DNA from: Anaeramoeba ignava BMAN
Taxonomy: Eukaryota; Protista; Anaeramoebae
DNA: 64,000 nucleotides
Direction of reading: 5' to 3'
NCBI GenBank assembly: GCA_028826165.1
Contig: JAPDFW010000092.1
Location: 1,054,001 to 1,118,000, forward strand
A model generated the notes under the pieces. That model searched no databases. It had not been told where the DNA came from and saw only the letters and a list, made by a program, of their open reading frames with translations. This document shows positions 25,537 to 38,300 of this stretch, one piece after another; positions within the stretch are counted from its first letter, which is position 1, and each line of letters begins with the position of its first letter. The position numbers and the translations under genes are program-made.

Positions 25537-28500
25537 TTATTTTTTTGAATTAAATTGATTTAAATCAAGTGAAATTGTTTGTGAAGTTTTTTCTGAAAGT
25601 GATTTATAAATTCCAATTAAAGAATCAGTATGTTGAAAGAATTCATCTTTTAAAGAAATTGTAATAATTTGTAAAGAATGAAAATCTAATAATAATAATA
25701 ATAAATTTTATAAATTAAAAATAAATAAAATTTTCTTTAATTTTTGAAATTTACCTTTTTTATCATCTTCATCATTTTCTTGATTTTCTTGATTTTCTTG
25801 ATTTTCTCTTGTTACATCCTTTAAAAATTTAGTTACTATACTTAAATTAGATTTATCTAATGCTGCATCAATTTCATCCATTATGAAAAATGGAAATGGT
25901 TTTGAACGATAAATTGAAAACAATAAAGCAAGTGCTGCAACAGTTTTTTCTCCTCCTGAAAGTTGTTCCATTTCTCGAAACCTTTTTGTTGGAGGTTTCA
26001 CTGTAAATTTCACTCCATGAAGATATGGTTCTTCTTGATTCTCAAGACTTAAATATGCTGTTCCACTAAATCCATCTCTTGTTTTTGTCAATTGATTATA
26101 TATTGAATCAATATTCTTTGCAATATTGTTATATGTTTGCAAAAATAATTCAGATCTTTCCTTTTTTTTCTTGTTAAATTTTGTAGCTGATTTTTCCGCC
26201 TTTTTTCTTGCTTTTTTATATGCGTTACTAACTGTTTGAAACTTCGTATTCAATTGCTTCAATTTTTCATTTGCTTTCAAATTCGGCGCAAGTTTATCAA
26301 TTTTGTTCTTGATTTCATTGATTCTTTCTTCATATTGTTTGTCAATATCTTCATATTGAGCCGATGTTTTAATCAAAAGATGTTCTTCTTTAACACTTGA
26401 AAAATCAACCTTGATTAGATCTTCCTGGAAAAGACTTTCTGCTGTTGCTTGACTTAATCTTGACTCAATCTTCTTTTTCCCCGCTCTTTCAACTTTTTCC
26501 TCCAAATCTTCTTCAAACATGATTTCATCTTCCTCAAATATTTGCTCAAATAATTTCCTTGATTTTTTCTTAATCGGTAGTTTGATTTGCTCCATTTTGC
26601 ATTTCTGATATAAAGAATGTCTGTAATTCCGAAGATTTTCTAAATTTGATTCGTTCACATTAATTTTGTGATTTAAATCAACAATTCGATTGTTAAGTTT
26701 CTTCAATTCAATTTTGAATTTTTCCATTTCAAAATTCAAATCATTCATTTGTTGTTTTTTCTCATCAAAAGATTGCTTGAGTTTATCAAGTTTGGTTGTG
26801 ATTTCCTTAATAGCTTTAGTCATTGTGCGTTTTTCCTCTTTTAATTTCTCAAGATCCTTCAAATACTTTGTTTTGGTTTCAATCATGTAATTTTCACTGT
26901 GTGATTTTGTTTGTTTTTCATATTCTAGTCGTGTTTCAAGTTGTGCCTTTTGTGTTTCCAATTCAAGTCGTGATTCCTCTTGTGATTGGATTTTCTTCTT
27001 CAAATCTTCATAAACCTTAATTGAATCTGATCCAACATTCTGATAAAATTCTGCAAAAACCTTATTTTCTATATTTTGAACCTCTTCTTGTTTTTTTTGG
27101 ATTTCCTCTTTTTGTTGCTGAATTTCCTGTTCAAATTCTGTCAGTTTTTTTCGTATCTGTTGTTTATTTCCAAGTAGTATTTCATAGTCTTTCTCATTCT
27201 TCTCTAGTTTGGCATCTGTTAATTTAGAATCAATTTGCAAATATTCAAGTTTCTTGTTCAAATCATTGATTTCATTTTCCAGTCTTTCTCTCTTCTCAAT
27301 TAAATATCTTTCATTCTCCATTTGGTCAAATTCATTCAAAAATATTTCTTTTTGTCTTCTTAATTCTAATAAATAAAATATAAATATAAATATAAATATT
27401 TTTTTTAGAAAGAAAAAAAAGAAGAACAAAAAAAAATAAATTAAACAAACCATCAGTATTTTTATCTTCCCAAAGATTAGATCTTCGATCAACTCCACTA
27501 GGACCGCCAGTTATTAATCCAGATTTGAAAATCAAAGTTCCATCAAGAGTAACAACTTTTTTTTTTTTGAAAGAAAATTTAATAAATTAAAAAAATTTGG
27601 AAAATTTAATCAGTTTATTAAATTTATTCACCTTTATGTCTACTTTTTTGATCAAAAGCAATTTCTCTTGCTTCTTTAAGAGTATCACAAACAAGTGTAT
27701 TTCCACAAGCATATTGCATTGCCAACCGAATACTTGGATCAAAACTAATCACATCATAAATTAATTTTGCATTTGGAAGTGTTCTTAAATTTTCTTGAAC
27801 TGGTTTGGATTCAATTGTTGTTAATGGAATAAATTTGGCCTTTCCAGCTCGAGTATGTTTCATATAATCAATACATTGAATTGCTGTTGAATGATCCTTT
27901 ACAACAATAGCATCTAAATTTCTACCAAGAGCAGTAGTAACTGCAATTTTATATTTAGATTGTGTTAATTTGCAAAGATCCCAACTAGAAAATGAAAATC
28001 AAAATAAAATGAAAATAATAAAAGAAAAAGTGGATCAATTTTTCATAAATTTTTCATAAATTTTTTATAAATTTTTCTTTACATTCTTCCATAAACTCCT
28101 GGAAATAACTTCTTTAAATTGTTTAATGTTTCTTTGAAATTTTTTTCTCGTTGACTTTCTTTCGCTTCATCTTTGGCTCCTCTTAATAATCTTGAAATAT
28201 TCTCAATATTTCCCATCAATTCTTTTTTCTTCATTTGATGCTGATTAATTGTTTCAATCAATTCTTGGAGTTTCTTTTGATTTACTTGAACTAAATTTTG
28301 TAATTTTGCAACATCTTCTGTGATCTAAATTAAAAATTTTGTTTTAAAAAAAATTAAATCTTTAAATGAATTTATTGAAATCTTACTTTTTTCTTTCGAT
28401 TTGTTAAGTTTTCTTTAATTTCTTTCATTTGATTTTCTCTTTGTTCGAGTTCTTTGTGATTTTGTTCAAATGTATTTTTGTTTTGGGTTTTGAATTCGAC

Positions 28501-30932
28501 ATCATTTTGAAGAGTATTGATTTCTTCTTGAATAAAAATTGTTAGTTTTTGAGCGACTTCCTTCAGAATATCATATTGTTTTAAAAGTGAATCGGGTATC
28601 TTAATTTTGTTTTTTTGTTGATTTAATTGATTAATTTCCTTCTCAAGTTTTTCCACTTGATTTTTTTTAGTTTTCCATTCTTCTTCAAGTTTTTGGATTT
28701 TAGAATTTTTTTCTTCCAATTCTTGTTGGTTTTGAAGTTCGTTATCTTCAATTTGAAATCTTCGATTTTCTAAAACACGAATTTTTTGAGTAAGTTCCAA
28801 ATATTTTGGTTTCTATTATAGAGTTATGAATTAATGAGAAATAAATAAAAAAGTTAAATTGGTTTTTTTTAAAAAAATAATACTTGAGTATGAAGCTCTT
28901 CTTGTCCTTCTCTAAGTTCTTTTTCAATCTCAAGTTTGGCTTTATGAAGTTTTGCTTTTTCTTGCTTTTTTGTTCTAACTTGTTCCAAAAGAACTTTTTC
29001 CCTAATTTGAAGTCTTTTAGAAATTTCATAATAATCACTCAATTCCTTTTTTGTTTGATTGAAATTGTTATCAATCCATCCCAATTTCCAGAGAATATGT
29101 TCCAGCTTGATATCATGCAAAACTTGGAATAAATGGTTGAATTCTTCAACTTCTCTTAATTGAGCTTGAAATTGCTTTTTCTCGTTAATAACATCCCTTT
29201 TCTCTTTGATTTTTGTCATTGCTTGCGTTTCTGTTTCTTCTTTAATTTTCTTAAGTTCTTCATATTCCTTTCGTAATTCTTTTGGAGTACTCAAATCATC
29301 AATCAATTCAGATATTTCTTTTGGTGATTTTTGGGCAATATTTTGTACATCTCCTTGGAAAACTAAAAAATGCTTTGTTTTCACATAAATTCCAACTTTC
29401 TTCAAATTTTCCAGATATTTCTTTTGTGATTTTTGTTTGTGATCCACTCTATATTCTGATGTGCCATTGGGCAGTATCAATCTCGTAAAACTCATCTCTT
29501 TGGATTCGTTATCCTCCTTTTTTACGTTCAAAACAAGAGTTACTGATGCTTTTCTTCTTTGATTTTTTTTCTCGTCTTCATCTTCTCTTGATTTATCATT
29601 TTCGTCTTCAATAACCAGTTGTGGATCAAGCTCTTTCTCTCTATAAATCAGATCAGTTATTTTGGCTCCTCTTAAAGAAGATGTTGCGATCCCCAAAACA
29701 AAGCAAATTGCATCCATACAATTACTATTGTGAGTAACTGTTAAATCTCCAAGAAGAAATCTCCCGTTTCCATTTAGCTGGAATCCATAATAATTTTGGC
29801 ATCCAATTGATTCCACTTTTATATCTGATTCCAAAACTTGATTTCGGATCTTACTCGAAATTGCTTGTTTGTTTTTTTCTTTATCAATCTTGATTTTGAT
29901 TAAGGGTATTTTGCGGATTTGATTCCCTTTGAAAATCAATGTTTGCGAAAATGAGGAATGGTTTATGATTTGGGTTTTTATTCCAAGAGAATGCGCCAAA
30001 AAGGTTAAATCTTCAATTAATTTCTTGATTTTTTCTTGTTCAAGAAGTTGGATAGAAATTTTGTTCGAAGAAAATTTTGAACTGGAACATGAATCAATCA
30101 ATCCTGCTAATAATTCAAATCTTATTTTTTCAGAGTTGAGTTTATAGTGTTCGGGAATAAAAGGAATATCAAGAAAAGAGGGATATTTATTGAGAAATGA
30201 TTTGAATTGGGAATCACAATTAGTATCCAAATTATCATTTTGATTCAATGCAAGTTTAGAAATCAATTTTCCAGCTTGATAGGGAGGAAGTAACACATTT
30301 TGATGAGGAAATTGTGGAGAAACTTTGTATCCTTTAAACATACTTTTCCATAAACTTGATTTTTTCAAATAATCTTGAATGGAAATATCAAGAATATCGC
30401 CAACTTGTTTAATTTCCTTTTTTTCCATCAAAAATGAATTAAGATATTCTTTTGCTTTTTGGAAAGCCATTTGTTTTGAGTCAAATTCGTTTTCACTGAA
30501 TTGTTTTGTTTTGAGATGGTTATTTTCTGAGATCCAAATCAAGTTCCAAATTCTTTTTGTTTCATCAAAAAATAAATTATGATTTTTGGATAGTCTTAAT
30601 GAAAGAATATGTTGTAAATTTGCAGAATAAGAATTTGAATATTTTTTGGATGATATTTTAAACATTTCTCCAAAACCTACTGTTGTTGATAAAACTGTTC
30701 TTGGTTTTGAATCATCACCCATTAATAAATCTCCTTTTTTGATATCTTGAACAAACTTAGTTTTTCCATTGAATAACATAATTGGAGTATTTTTTCCAAG
30801 ACATTTTCCTGATCCATTTGGTCCAATAATTGCTGTAAATTTTTTAAATGGACCAATTACATGTTTTCCTTTATATGATTTAAAATTTTCAATTTCCAAT
30901 CTTTCAATTAAAATTTGGTCTTCAATTTCCAT
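25537..30932 (-). CDS. SMC1: Cohesin subunit SMC1 containing an intein; exons 30932-28884, 28812-28387, 28324-28083, 27984-27632, 27555-27451, 27365-25755, 25685-25537
   Basis: LEIENFKSYKG, FTAIIGPNGSGK|SNCMDAICFVLG, FLVFQGDV (Q-loop), hinge PGVYGR...ALGRNLDAIVV...KFIPL...VTLDGTLIFKSGLITGG, signature KRFREMEQLSGGEKTVAALALLF, Walker B FFIMDEIDAALD, and QIITISLKDEFF. Confidence 0.95.
29727..30803 (-). mobile_element. Intein (359 aa, class 1, VMA/giant-virus-like Hint domain) with degenerate LAGLIDADG homing endonuclease
   Basis: Starts CLGKNTPIMLFNG...IKKGDLLMGDDSKPRTV (block A), has ANLQHILSL (block B) and RFELLAGLIDS (block E), and ends YYGFQLNGNGRFLLGDLTVTHN followed by Ser. Removal restores the Walker A GPNGSGKSN. 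Confidence 0.96.
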
Positions 30933-31180
30933 TAAGAAATTTAAAATAAAAAATTAAAAAAAAAATGAAATTTAAATTAAAACAAAAACAAAAACAAAAA
31001 ACCAAAAACAAAAACAAAAACAAAAACAAAAACAAAAACAAAAACCGTTAAAAAATTTAAATTAAAATTAAATCGTTAAAAAAGAAAATAAAATAAAAGA
31101 AAACTTTTTTTATTGAATTTGGAAACTAAAAAAAAAAAAAACTTAAACTTAATTTAGAAACTTAATTTAGAAACTTAATT

Positions 31181-34100
31181 TTAAAATTCATCAAAATCTT
31201 CTTCTTCCTTTTTTTCTTCTTTTTTATCTTCTTTTTTTTCTTTTTTATTTTCAATTTCTTTTTTAATTGTTTCTGTTATTTCTCTTAAAGCTCTAATTGC
31301 TTTAGATTCATTTACTTCATTAAAAAAAGAAATTCCAAGATCACAACTTTCTCTTAAACTTATATCTAAAGGTAATTTTCCAAGTAATTTAAGCTATAAA
31401 AATTAAATTAAATAAAATAAATTAGATTAAATAATTTAAATTAAATAATTTAGATTAAATAATTTAGATTAAATAATTTAGATTAAATAATTTATATTAA
31501 ATAATTTAGATTAAATAATTTATATTAAATAATTTATATTAAATAATTTATATTAAATAAATTAGATTAAATAAATTAATTAAATAATTTAGATTAAATA
31601 ATTTAAATTAAATAATTTAGATTAAATAATTTAAATTAAATAATTTAGATTAAATAATTTATATTAAATAATTTATATTAAATAATTTAGATTAAATAAT
31701 TTATATTAAATAATTTATATTAAATAATTTATATTAAATAAATTAGATTAAATAAATTAAATTAAATAATTTATATTAAATAATTTAGATTAAATAATTT
31801 ATATTAAATAAATTAGATTAAATAATTTAGATTAAAAATTTAGATTAAATAATTTTAGATTAAATAATTTAGATTAAATAATTTATATTAAATAATTTAA
31901 ATTAAATTCTCAAATAATTTATATTAAATAATTTAGATTAAATAATTTAGATTAAATAATTTATATTAAATAATTTAGATTAAATAATTTAATATTTAAT
32001 TTAGATTAAATAATTTATATTAAATAATTTTTAAAAATTAGTCTCAATTTAGATTAAATAATTTTAAGTGAGATCCAATTTGGATTAAAAATAATTTGGA
32101 TTAAATAATTTATATTAAATAATTTAAATTAAAATAATTTTTAAATAATATTAAATAAATTAGATTAAATATTTATATTAAATAATTTATAAATAAATTA
32201 AAAATTAGATTTAAATAAAATAATTTATATTAAATAATTTAAATTAAATAATTTAGATTAAATAATTTAGATTAAAATATATTTATATTAAAATAATTTA
32301 GATTAAATAATTTTTTAAATAATATATTAAATAATTTGGATTAAATAATTTAATTAAATAATTTATATTAAATAAATATTAAATTTAGATTAAATAATTT
32401 AAATATTTTAAATAATTTGGATTAAATAATTTTTTAAATAATTTATATTAAATAATTTATATTAAATAATTTATATTAAATAATTTATATTAAATAATTT
32501 AGATTAAATAATAATTTATAATTTAATAAATAATTTAGATTAAATAATTTAGATTAAATAATTTGGATTAAATAATTTATATTAAATAATTTATATTAAA
32601 TAATTTATATTAAATAATTTATATTAAATAATTTAGATTAAATAATTTAGATTAAATAATTTAGATTAAATAATTTATATTAAATAATTTATATTAAATA
32701 ATTTAGATTAAATAATTTAGATTAGATAATTTAAATTAAATAATTTAAATTTTTACATTCATTTCTTGACACATTTTTTCTGCACCTCCTGTAGTTGGTT
32801 TAAAAATAACTGATTCATGCTTTTTTTTTAAAATAAAACATTGGAATTAATTAAAATATTGGAATTAAATAAAACAAAACATACTCCACAAGAACAAATA
32901 AATGAAGACATATTTTCAACAACTCCAATAATGTTAACATTTGCTTTTTTACAAAATGTAACTTCTCTTCTAACATCTAATAATGATACTTCTTGTGGTG
33001 TTGTAACTAAAATTGCTCCATCAATTTTCTCTTCTAAAAATGAAGCAATTGATAAATGTTCATCTGAAGTTCCTGTTTTTTTTTTTTGGAATTAAAATTA
33101 AATTTGAAATTAAATTTGAAATTAAAATTAAAATCGGATATTAAATTAAATTTAAAATTAAAATTAAAATTAAAATTAAAATTAAAATTAAAATTAAAAT
33201 TAAAATTAAAATTAAAAATTAAAATTAAAATTAAAATTAAAATTAAAATTAAAATTAAATTTGAAATTAAAATTAAAATTAAAATCGGATATAAAATTTG
33301 AAATTAAATTTAAAATTAAAATTAAAATTAAAATTAAATTTTAAATTAAAATTAAAATTAAAATTAAAATCGGATATAAAATTAAAATTAAAATTAAAAT
33401 TAAAATTAAAATTAAAATTAAAAATTAAAATTAAAAATTAAAATTGAAATTAAATTTAAAATTAAAATTAAAATTAAAATTAAAATTAAAATTAAAATTA
33501 AAATTAAAATTAAAATTAAAATTAAAATTAAAATTAAAATTAAAATTAAAATTAAAATTAAATTTAAAATTAAAATTAAAATTAAAATCGGATATAAAAT
33601 TTGAAATTAAATTTGAAATTAAAATTAAAATTAATATTAAAATTAAAATTAAAATTAAAATTAAAATTAAAATTAAAATTAAAATTAAAATTAAAATTAA
33701 AATTAAAATTAAAATTAAAAATTACCTGGTGGTGTATCAACAATCAAATAATCTAATTCATCCCAATATACATCTCTTACAAATTGTTTAATCAATCCAT
33801 TTTTCTTTGGACCTAGATTTTTTGAATATAAATAATTTAAAAAGTAAAAAATGATAATAAAAAAAAGAAATACCTCTCCAAATAACTGCATTTTCAGGAT
33901 GAGATAAAAGAAAAGCTAAAACAATTATTATTTAAATCAAGAAAATAAATTATTGAAAAATTAAATTCTTTTATTTTTAGAATTGAAATATTTTTTTTTG
34001 TGAAATTGATTTATAAATTTTACCAATTGACATAACAGCAATATTATCAGAATTAAATACTGGTGACCATCCTAAAAAAGTTTCATGTATTCTTTCATCT

Positions 34101-35125
34101 TCTAATCCAAACATTTTCGGAATTGACGGTCCTGTAATATCAACATCAAGAACTCCAACCTATTTTAAATTATTAATTTAATTATTTGAAAATCGGATAG
34201 AAATTTAATTATAAATTTAATTATATATTTAATTATTTAATTAAAAATTTAATTATAAATTTGTTTTTTTATTATAAATTTAATTATATATTTATTTGAA
34301 AATCGGATAAAAATTTAATTATCAATTTAATTATAAATTTAATTATAAATTTAATTATAAATTTGAATATAAATTTAAATAAATTTAATTATAAATTTAA
34401 TTATAAATTTAATTATAAATTTGTTTATAAATTATAAATTTAAATTATAAATTTTATTATAAATTTAATTATAAATTTAATTATAAATTTAATTATAAAT
34501 TTAATTATAAATTTAATTATAAATTTATTATAAATTTGATTATAAATTTGATTATAAATTTGATTATAAATTTAATTATAAATTTAATTATAAATATAAT
34601 TATAAATTTAATTATAAATTTATTTATTAATTTGTTTATAAATTTGATTATATATTTAATTATAAATTTGATTATATATTTAATTATATATTTAATTATA
34701 AATTTGATTATAAATTTATTTAATTATAAATTTGATTATATATTTTATTATAAATTTAATTATAAATTTAATTATAAATATAATTATAAATTTAATTATA
34801 AATACTTTGAAATCTTGAGAAGCCAAAGAATAAGCTAATTGAGCAGCAATAGTACTCTTTCCAACTCCACCTTTACCAGACAAAACCAATATAATATGTT
34901 TTACATTTTCAAAACGTTCTTTTATTTGTTTAAGTTCTTTTAATTTGCAAGTTCAAAAAATGAATTTAAATGAAAAAAAAAAATTATTTAAAAATTTAGT
35001 TTATTTTTAAAAATACCAGCTGCTTCTTGTCTTGCTCCCATACAAACTTTATAATTAGGACATGTTTTACATGCATCATGATTACCTACGTTTTTTTCAC
35101 TAACTGCTGGACAACTAAAAGCCAT
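31181..35125 (-). CDS. NBP35: Cytosolic Fe-S cluster assembly scaffold Nbp35/NUBP1, ~8 exons
   Basis: N-terminal C-x13-C-x2-C-x5-C ([24 protein letters not shown]), [71 protein letters not shown] and GVVENMS. Confidence 0.93.
31400..32750. repeat. Intronic 14-bp minisatellite (ATTAAATAATTTAG/T)
   Basis: Fills the last NBP35 intron. Confidence 0.85.
33090..33722. repeat. Intronic (AAAATT)n array punctuated by AAAATCGGATA
   Basis: Within an NBP35 intron. The CGGATA word occurs at ~33135, 33286, 33371 and 33588, and again at ~34194 and 34304 in another NBP35 intron. Confidence 0.8.
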
Positions 35126-35357
35126 TTTTTTTAACAATCCAAAAAAAAAAAATTGGATAATCAAAGAGAAAAATGAAAAAAAATTTTTCCGAAATTAAAA
35201 TTTTATTTATTTTTATTTTTATTTTTAATTTTAATTTGATTTTCTCTTTAAATTTTTCTCTTTTAAAGTTACTAAGAAAAAATGATTAAAGAAATTATTA
35301 TTAAAATTATTATTAAAATTATTATTAAAATTATTAAAATTATTAAAATTATTAAAA

Positions 35358-38300
35358 TTATTTTTTCTTTGAATTCTTTTTTTTATCGTCTTCTTTTTTT
35401 AGAATGTTTCTTTGAAAAATCATATTTCTTTCTTGAGGTTCAAAAAAACTTTGATTGAATTCACTTAAATGTAACGGATTTTGAGAGTGATTAACTATTT
35501 TAAAATTTTCAGGATAATTTAAAGTTGTAATTTTTCTATTTGATTCAAAATTATTTCGATAATTAAATGTATTTTGAAAATTATAAAATTTTGGTATGTT
35601 TTTCTGTGAATTTTTTGAATTATATTCCTCAATTTCTTCGAGAGTTGTTGTCTTTTTCTCTTCTCCAATATTGTAATTATTCTTATATTGGAATGGAAAT
35701 TGTAATTGATTTGGAAGTTGGAATTGATTTTGAGGTTGGAATTTATTTGTAAATTGATTTGGAGGTTGTAATTTATTTGTAAATTGATTTTGATGTTGGA
35801 ATTTATTTGTAAATTGATTTCCATTTCCATTTCCATTTCCATTTTCATTTTCATTTTCATTTTGATCTTCATCTTCATCTTCATCTTCATATTGATTTTC
35901 ATTTTCATTTTCATCTTCATTTTCATCTTCATCTTCATTTTGATTTTGATCTTCATCTTCATTTTCATCTTCATCTTCATCTTCATCTTGATTTTCATCT
36001 TCATCTTGATTTTCATATTGATTTTGATTTTCATATTGATTTTGATTTTGATCTTCATCTTGATTTTCATATTGATTTTCATCTTCATATTGATTTTCAT
36101 TTTCATCTTCATCTTGATTTTCATATTGATTTTCATCTTGATTTTGATTTTGATCTTCATCTTGATTTTCATTTTCATTTTCATCTTCATCTTCATCTTG
36201 ATTTTGATTTTGATTTTGATTTTGTCGAGAATGTCGTGAAAATTTATTAAAATGAGACTTTTGTAATGAATATTGATTCGGATAATGTGGATCATGTGAA
36301 TAATGTGAATAATGTGAATTTTGATTTTGATTTCGATTTCGATTGTGTGAATGATGTGAATGACGTGAATATTTATTTAGATAATTATAATTAGGATTAT
36401 AATTAGGATTATAATTAGGATTATAATAAGGATTATAATAAGGATTAGGATAATAATTAGGATTAGGATAATAATTAGGATTAGGATTAGGATAAAGAAC
36501 AGGATTCTTATGTGAATATTTATGAATAGATTTATGTAAATGCTTATTTGATTCTTGTTTTGATTCTTGTTTTGATTCTTTTTTTGATTCTTTATTTGAT
36601 TCTTTTTTTGATTCTTTATTTGATTCTTTATTTGATTCTTCTTTTGATTCTTGTTTTGATTCTTTATTTGATTCTTTATTTAATTCTTTTTTTGATCCTT
36701 TTTTTGATTTTCTGTCTGGTTTCTTATGTTTTGGTTGATTTGGATAGGAATATTGATCATAAACTGAATAATATGAATATCCTTGATATCGATCATAAAA
36801 TCCTTTCTGAGGAGGATAATTATTATATGGAGGGATTTGTTGATGTTGAAAATATTCTGGATATTCACCTCTATTTATAAAACCTTCATTTCTTCTTGAA
36901 AACCTTTTATTTTCGGAAATATTTTCCCTAGTTTTATTTTTTGAATGTAATTTCTCTTTTTTTTCTTCTGATTTATTTGGATTTTTTTCTTCTAATCTAT
37001 TTGGATTTTTTTCTTCTAATCTATTTGGATTTTTTTCTTCTAATCTATTTGGATTTTTTTCTTCTAATCTATTTGGATTTTTTTCTTGTTCGTTTTTTGG
37101 AGTTTTTCTTTCATTTTCTTGTTTTTGTTTTAATTTCTTTGTATTATTTTGTGTTAATTTATTTGGAGAATTACTAATTTTTTGAGGAGATTGATTCCTT
37201 TGGTTATTAACTTGTTTATTTTTTTTCTTTTTCTTATTTTGATTCTGATTTTGATTTTTGTTTTGATTTTCATTTTCATTTTCATTTTGATTTTGATTTT
37301 GATTTTGATTTTCATTTTTGTTTTGATTTTTGTTTTCATTTTCATTTTTGTTTTGATTTTGATTTTGATTTTGATTTTCATTTTCATTTTGATTTTGATT
37401 TTGATTTTGATTTTGATTTTGATTTTGATTTTGATTTTGATTTTGATTTTGATTTTTATTTTTGTTATTTCCTTGATTCGTTTCTTTATTAGGATTATTT
37501 AATTTTTTCAATTTATTTTGTTGGATTTGCTTTGCAATATTCGAACTAAATTTTTTAAAAGAAAACAGAAAATTAATTTGAATTTTAAATTTCTATTTGA
37601 AATTTCTTTTTTTTTTGGAAAAGATAATATACTTTGGAAAAACAGAAATAAAAAGTTCTTGATCTTCATGCTCAAATTCATGAGCAAATTCACATAATTC
37701 TTTTGTACATTTCTCATCAGACAAAAATTGTCTACAATATTTTGTTGTTCCAATATCAACTTTAAATATTTTTTCTCCCATTTTTGTGTTTTGAATATTT
37801 TTAATACAGTTTTGTGCTTGGGATACAGTTTCAAATGTTACATAAATATCTATTGATAATAGTTCTAAAATTTTTTTTTTTTAAATTTATTGATTTTTTT
37901 TAAATAAAATTTTCTTTTTCTTAATTACGAGGAGAAATATTTGAAGGAACTTTATTATATGGATAATCTAAAAATCTTTTTTCCAATCTATGAAAAACTC
38001 TTTTTGTAAAATTCATACGAATAACTTTACCAAATTTTCCTAAAAATTGTTTGAATTTGAGATTCTATTTGATTTTTAATTTAATTTTGAATTTAATTTT
38101 GAATTTAATTTTGAATTTAATTTATAATTTAATTTTGAATTTAATTTAATTTTGAATTTAATTTATAATTTAATTTTGAATTTAATTTAATTTTGAATTT
38201 AATTTTGAATTTAATTTTAATTTTGAATTTAATTTTGAATTTAATTTTGAATTTAATTTTGAATTTAATTTAATTTTGAATTTAATTTTGAATTTAATTT

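Noticed and set aside
31181-35125. Second intein in another NTP-binding protein (NBP35, Rho, actin)
   Set aside because: Their nucleotide-binding motifs are contiguous, and no C...HN-[CST] insert was found
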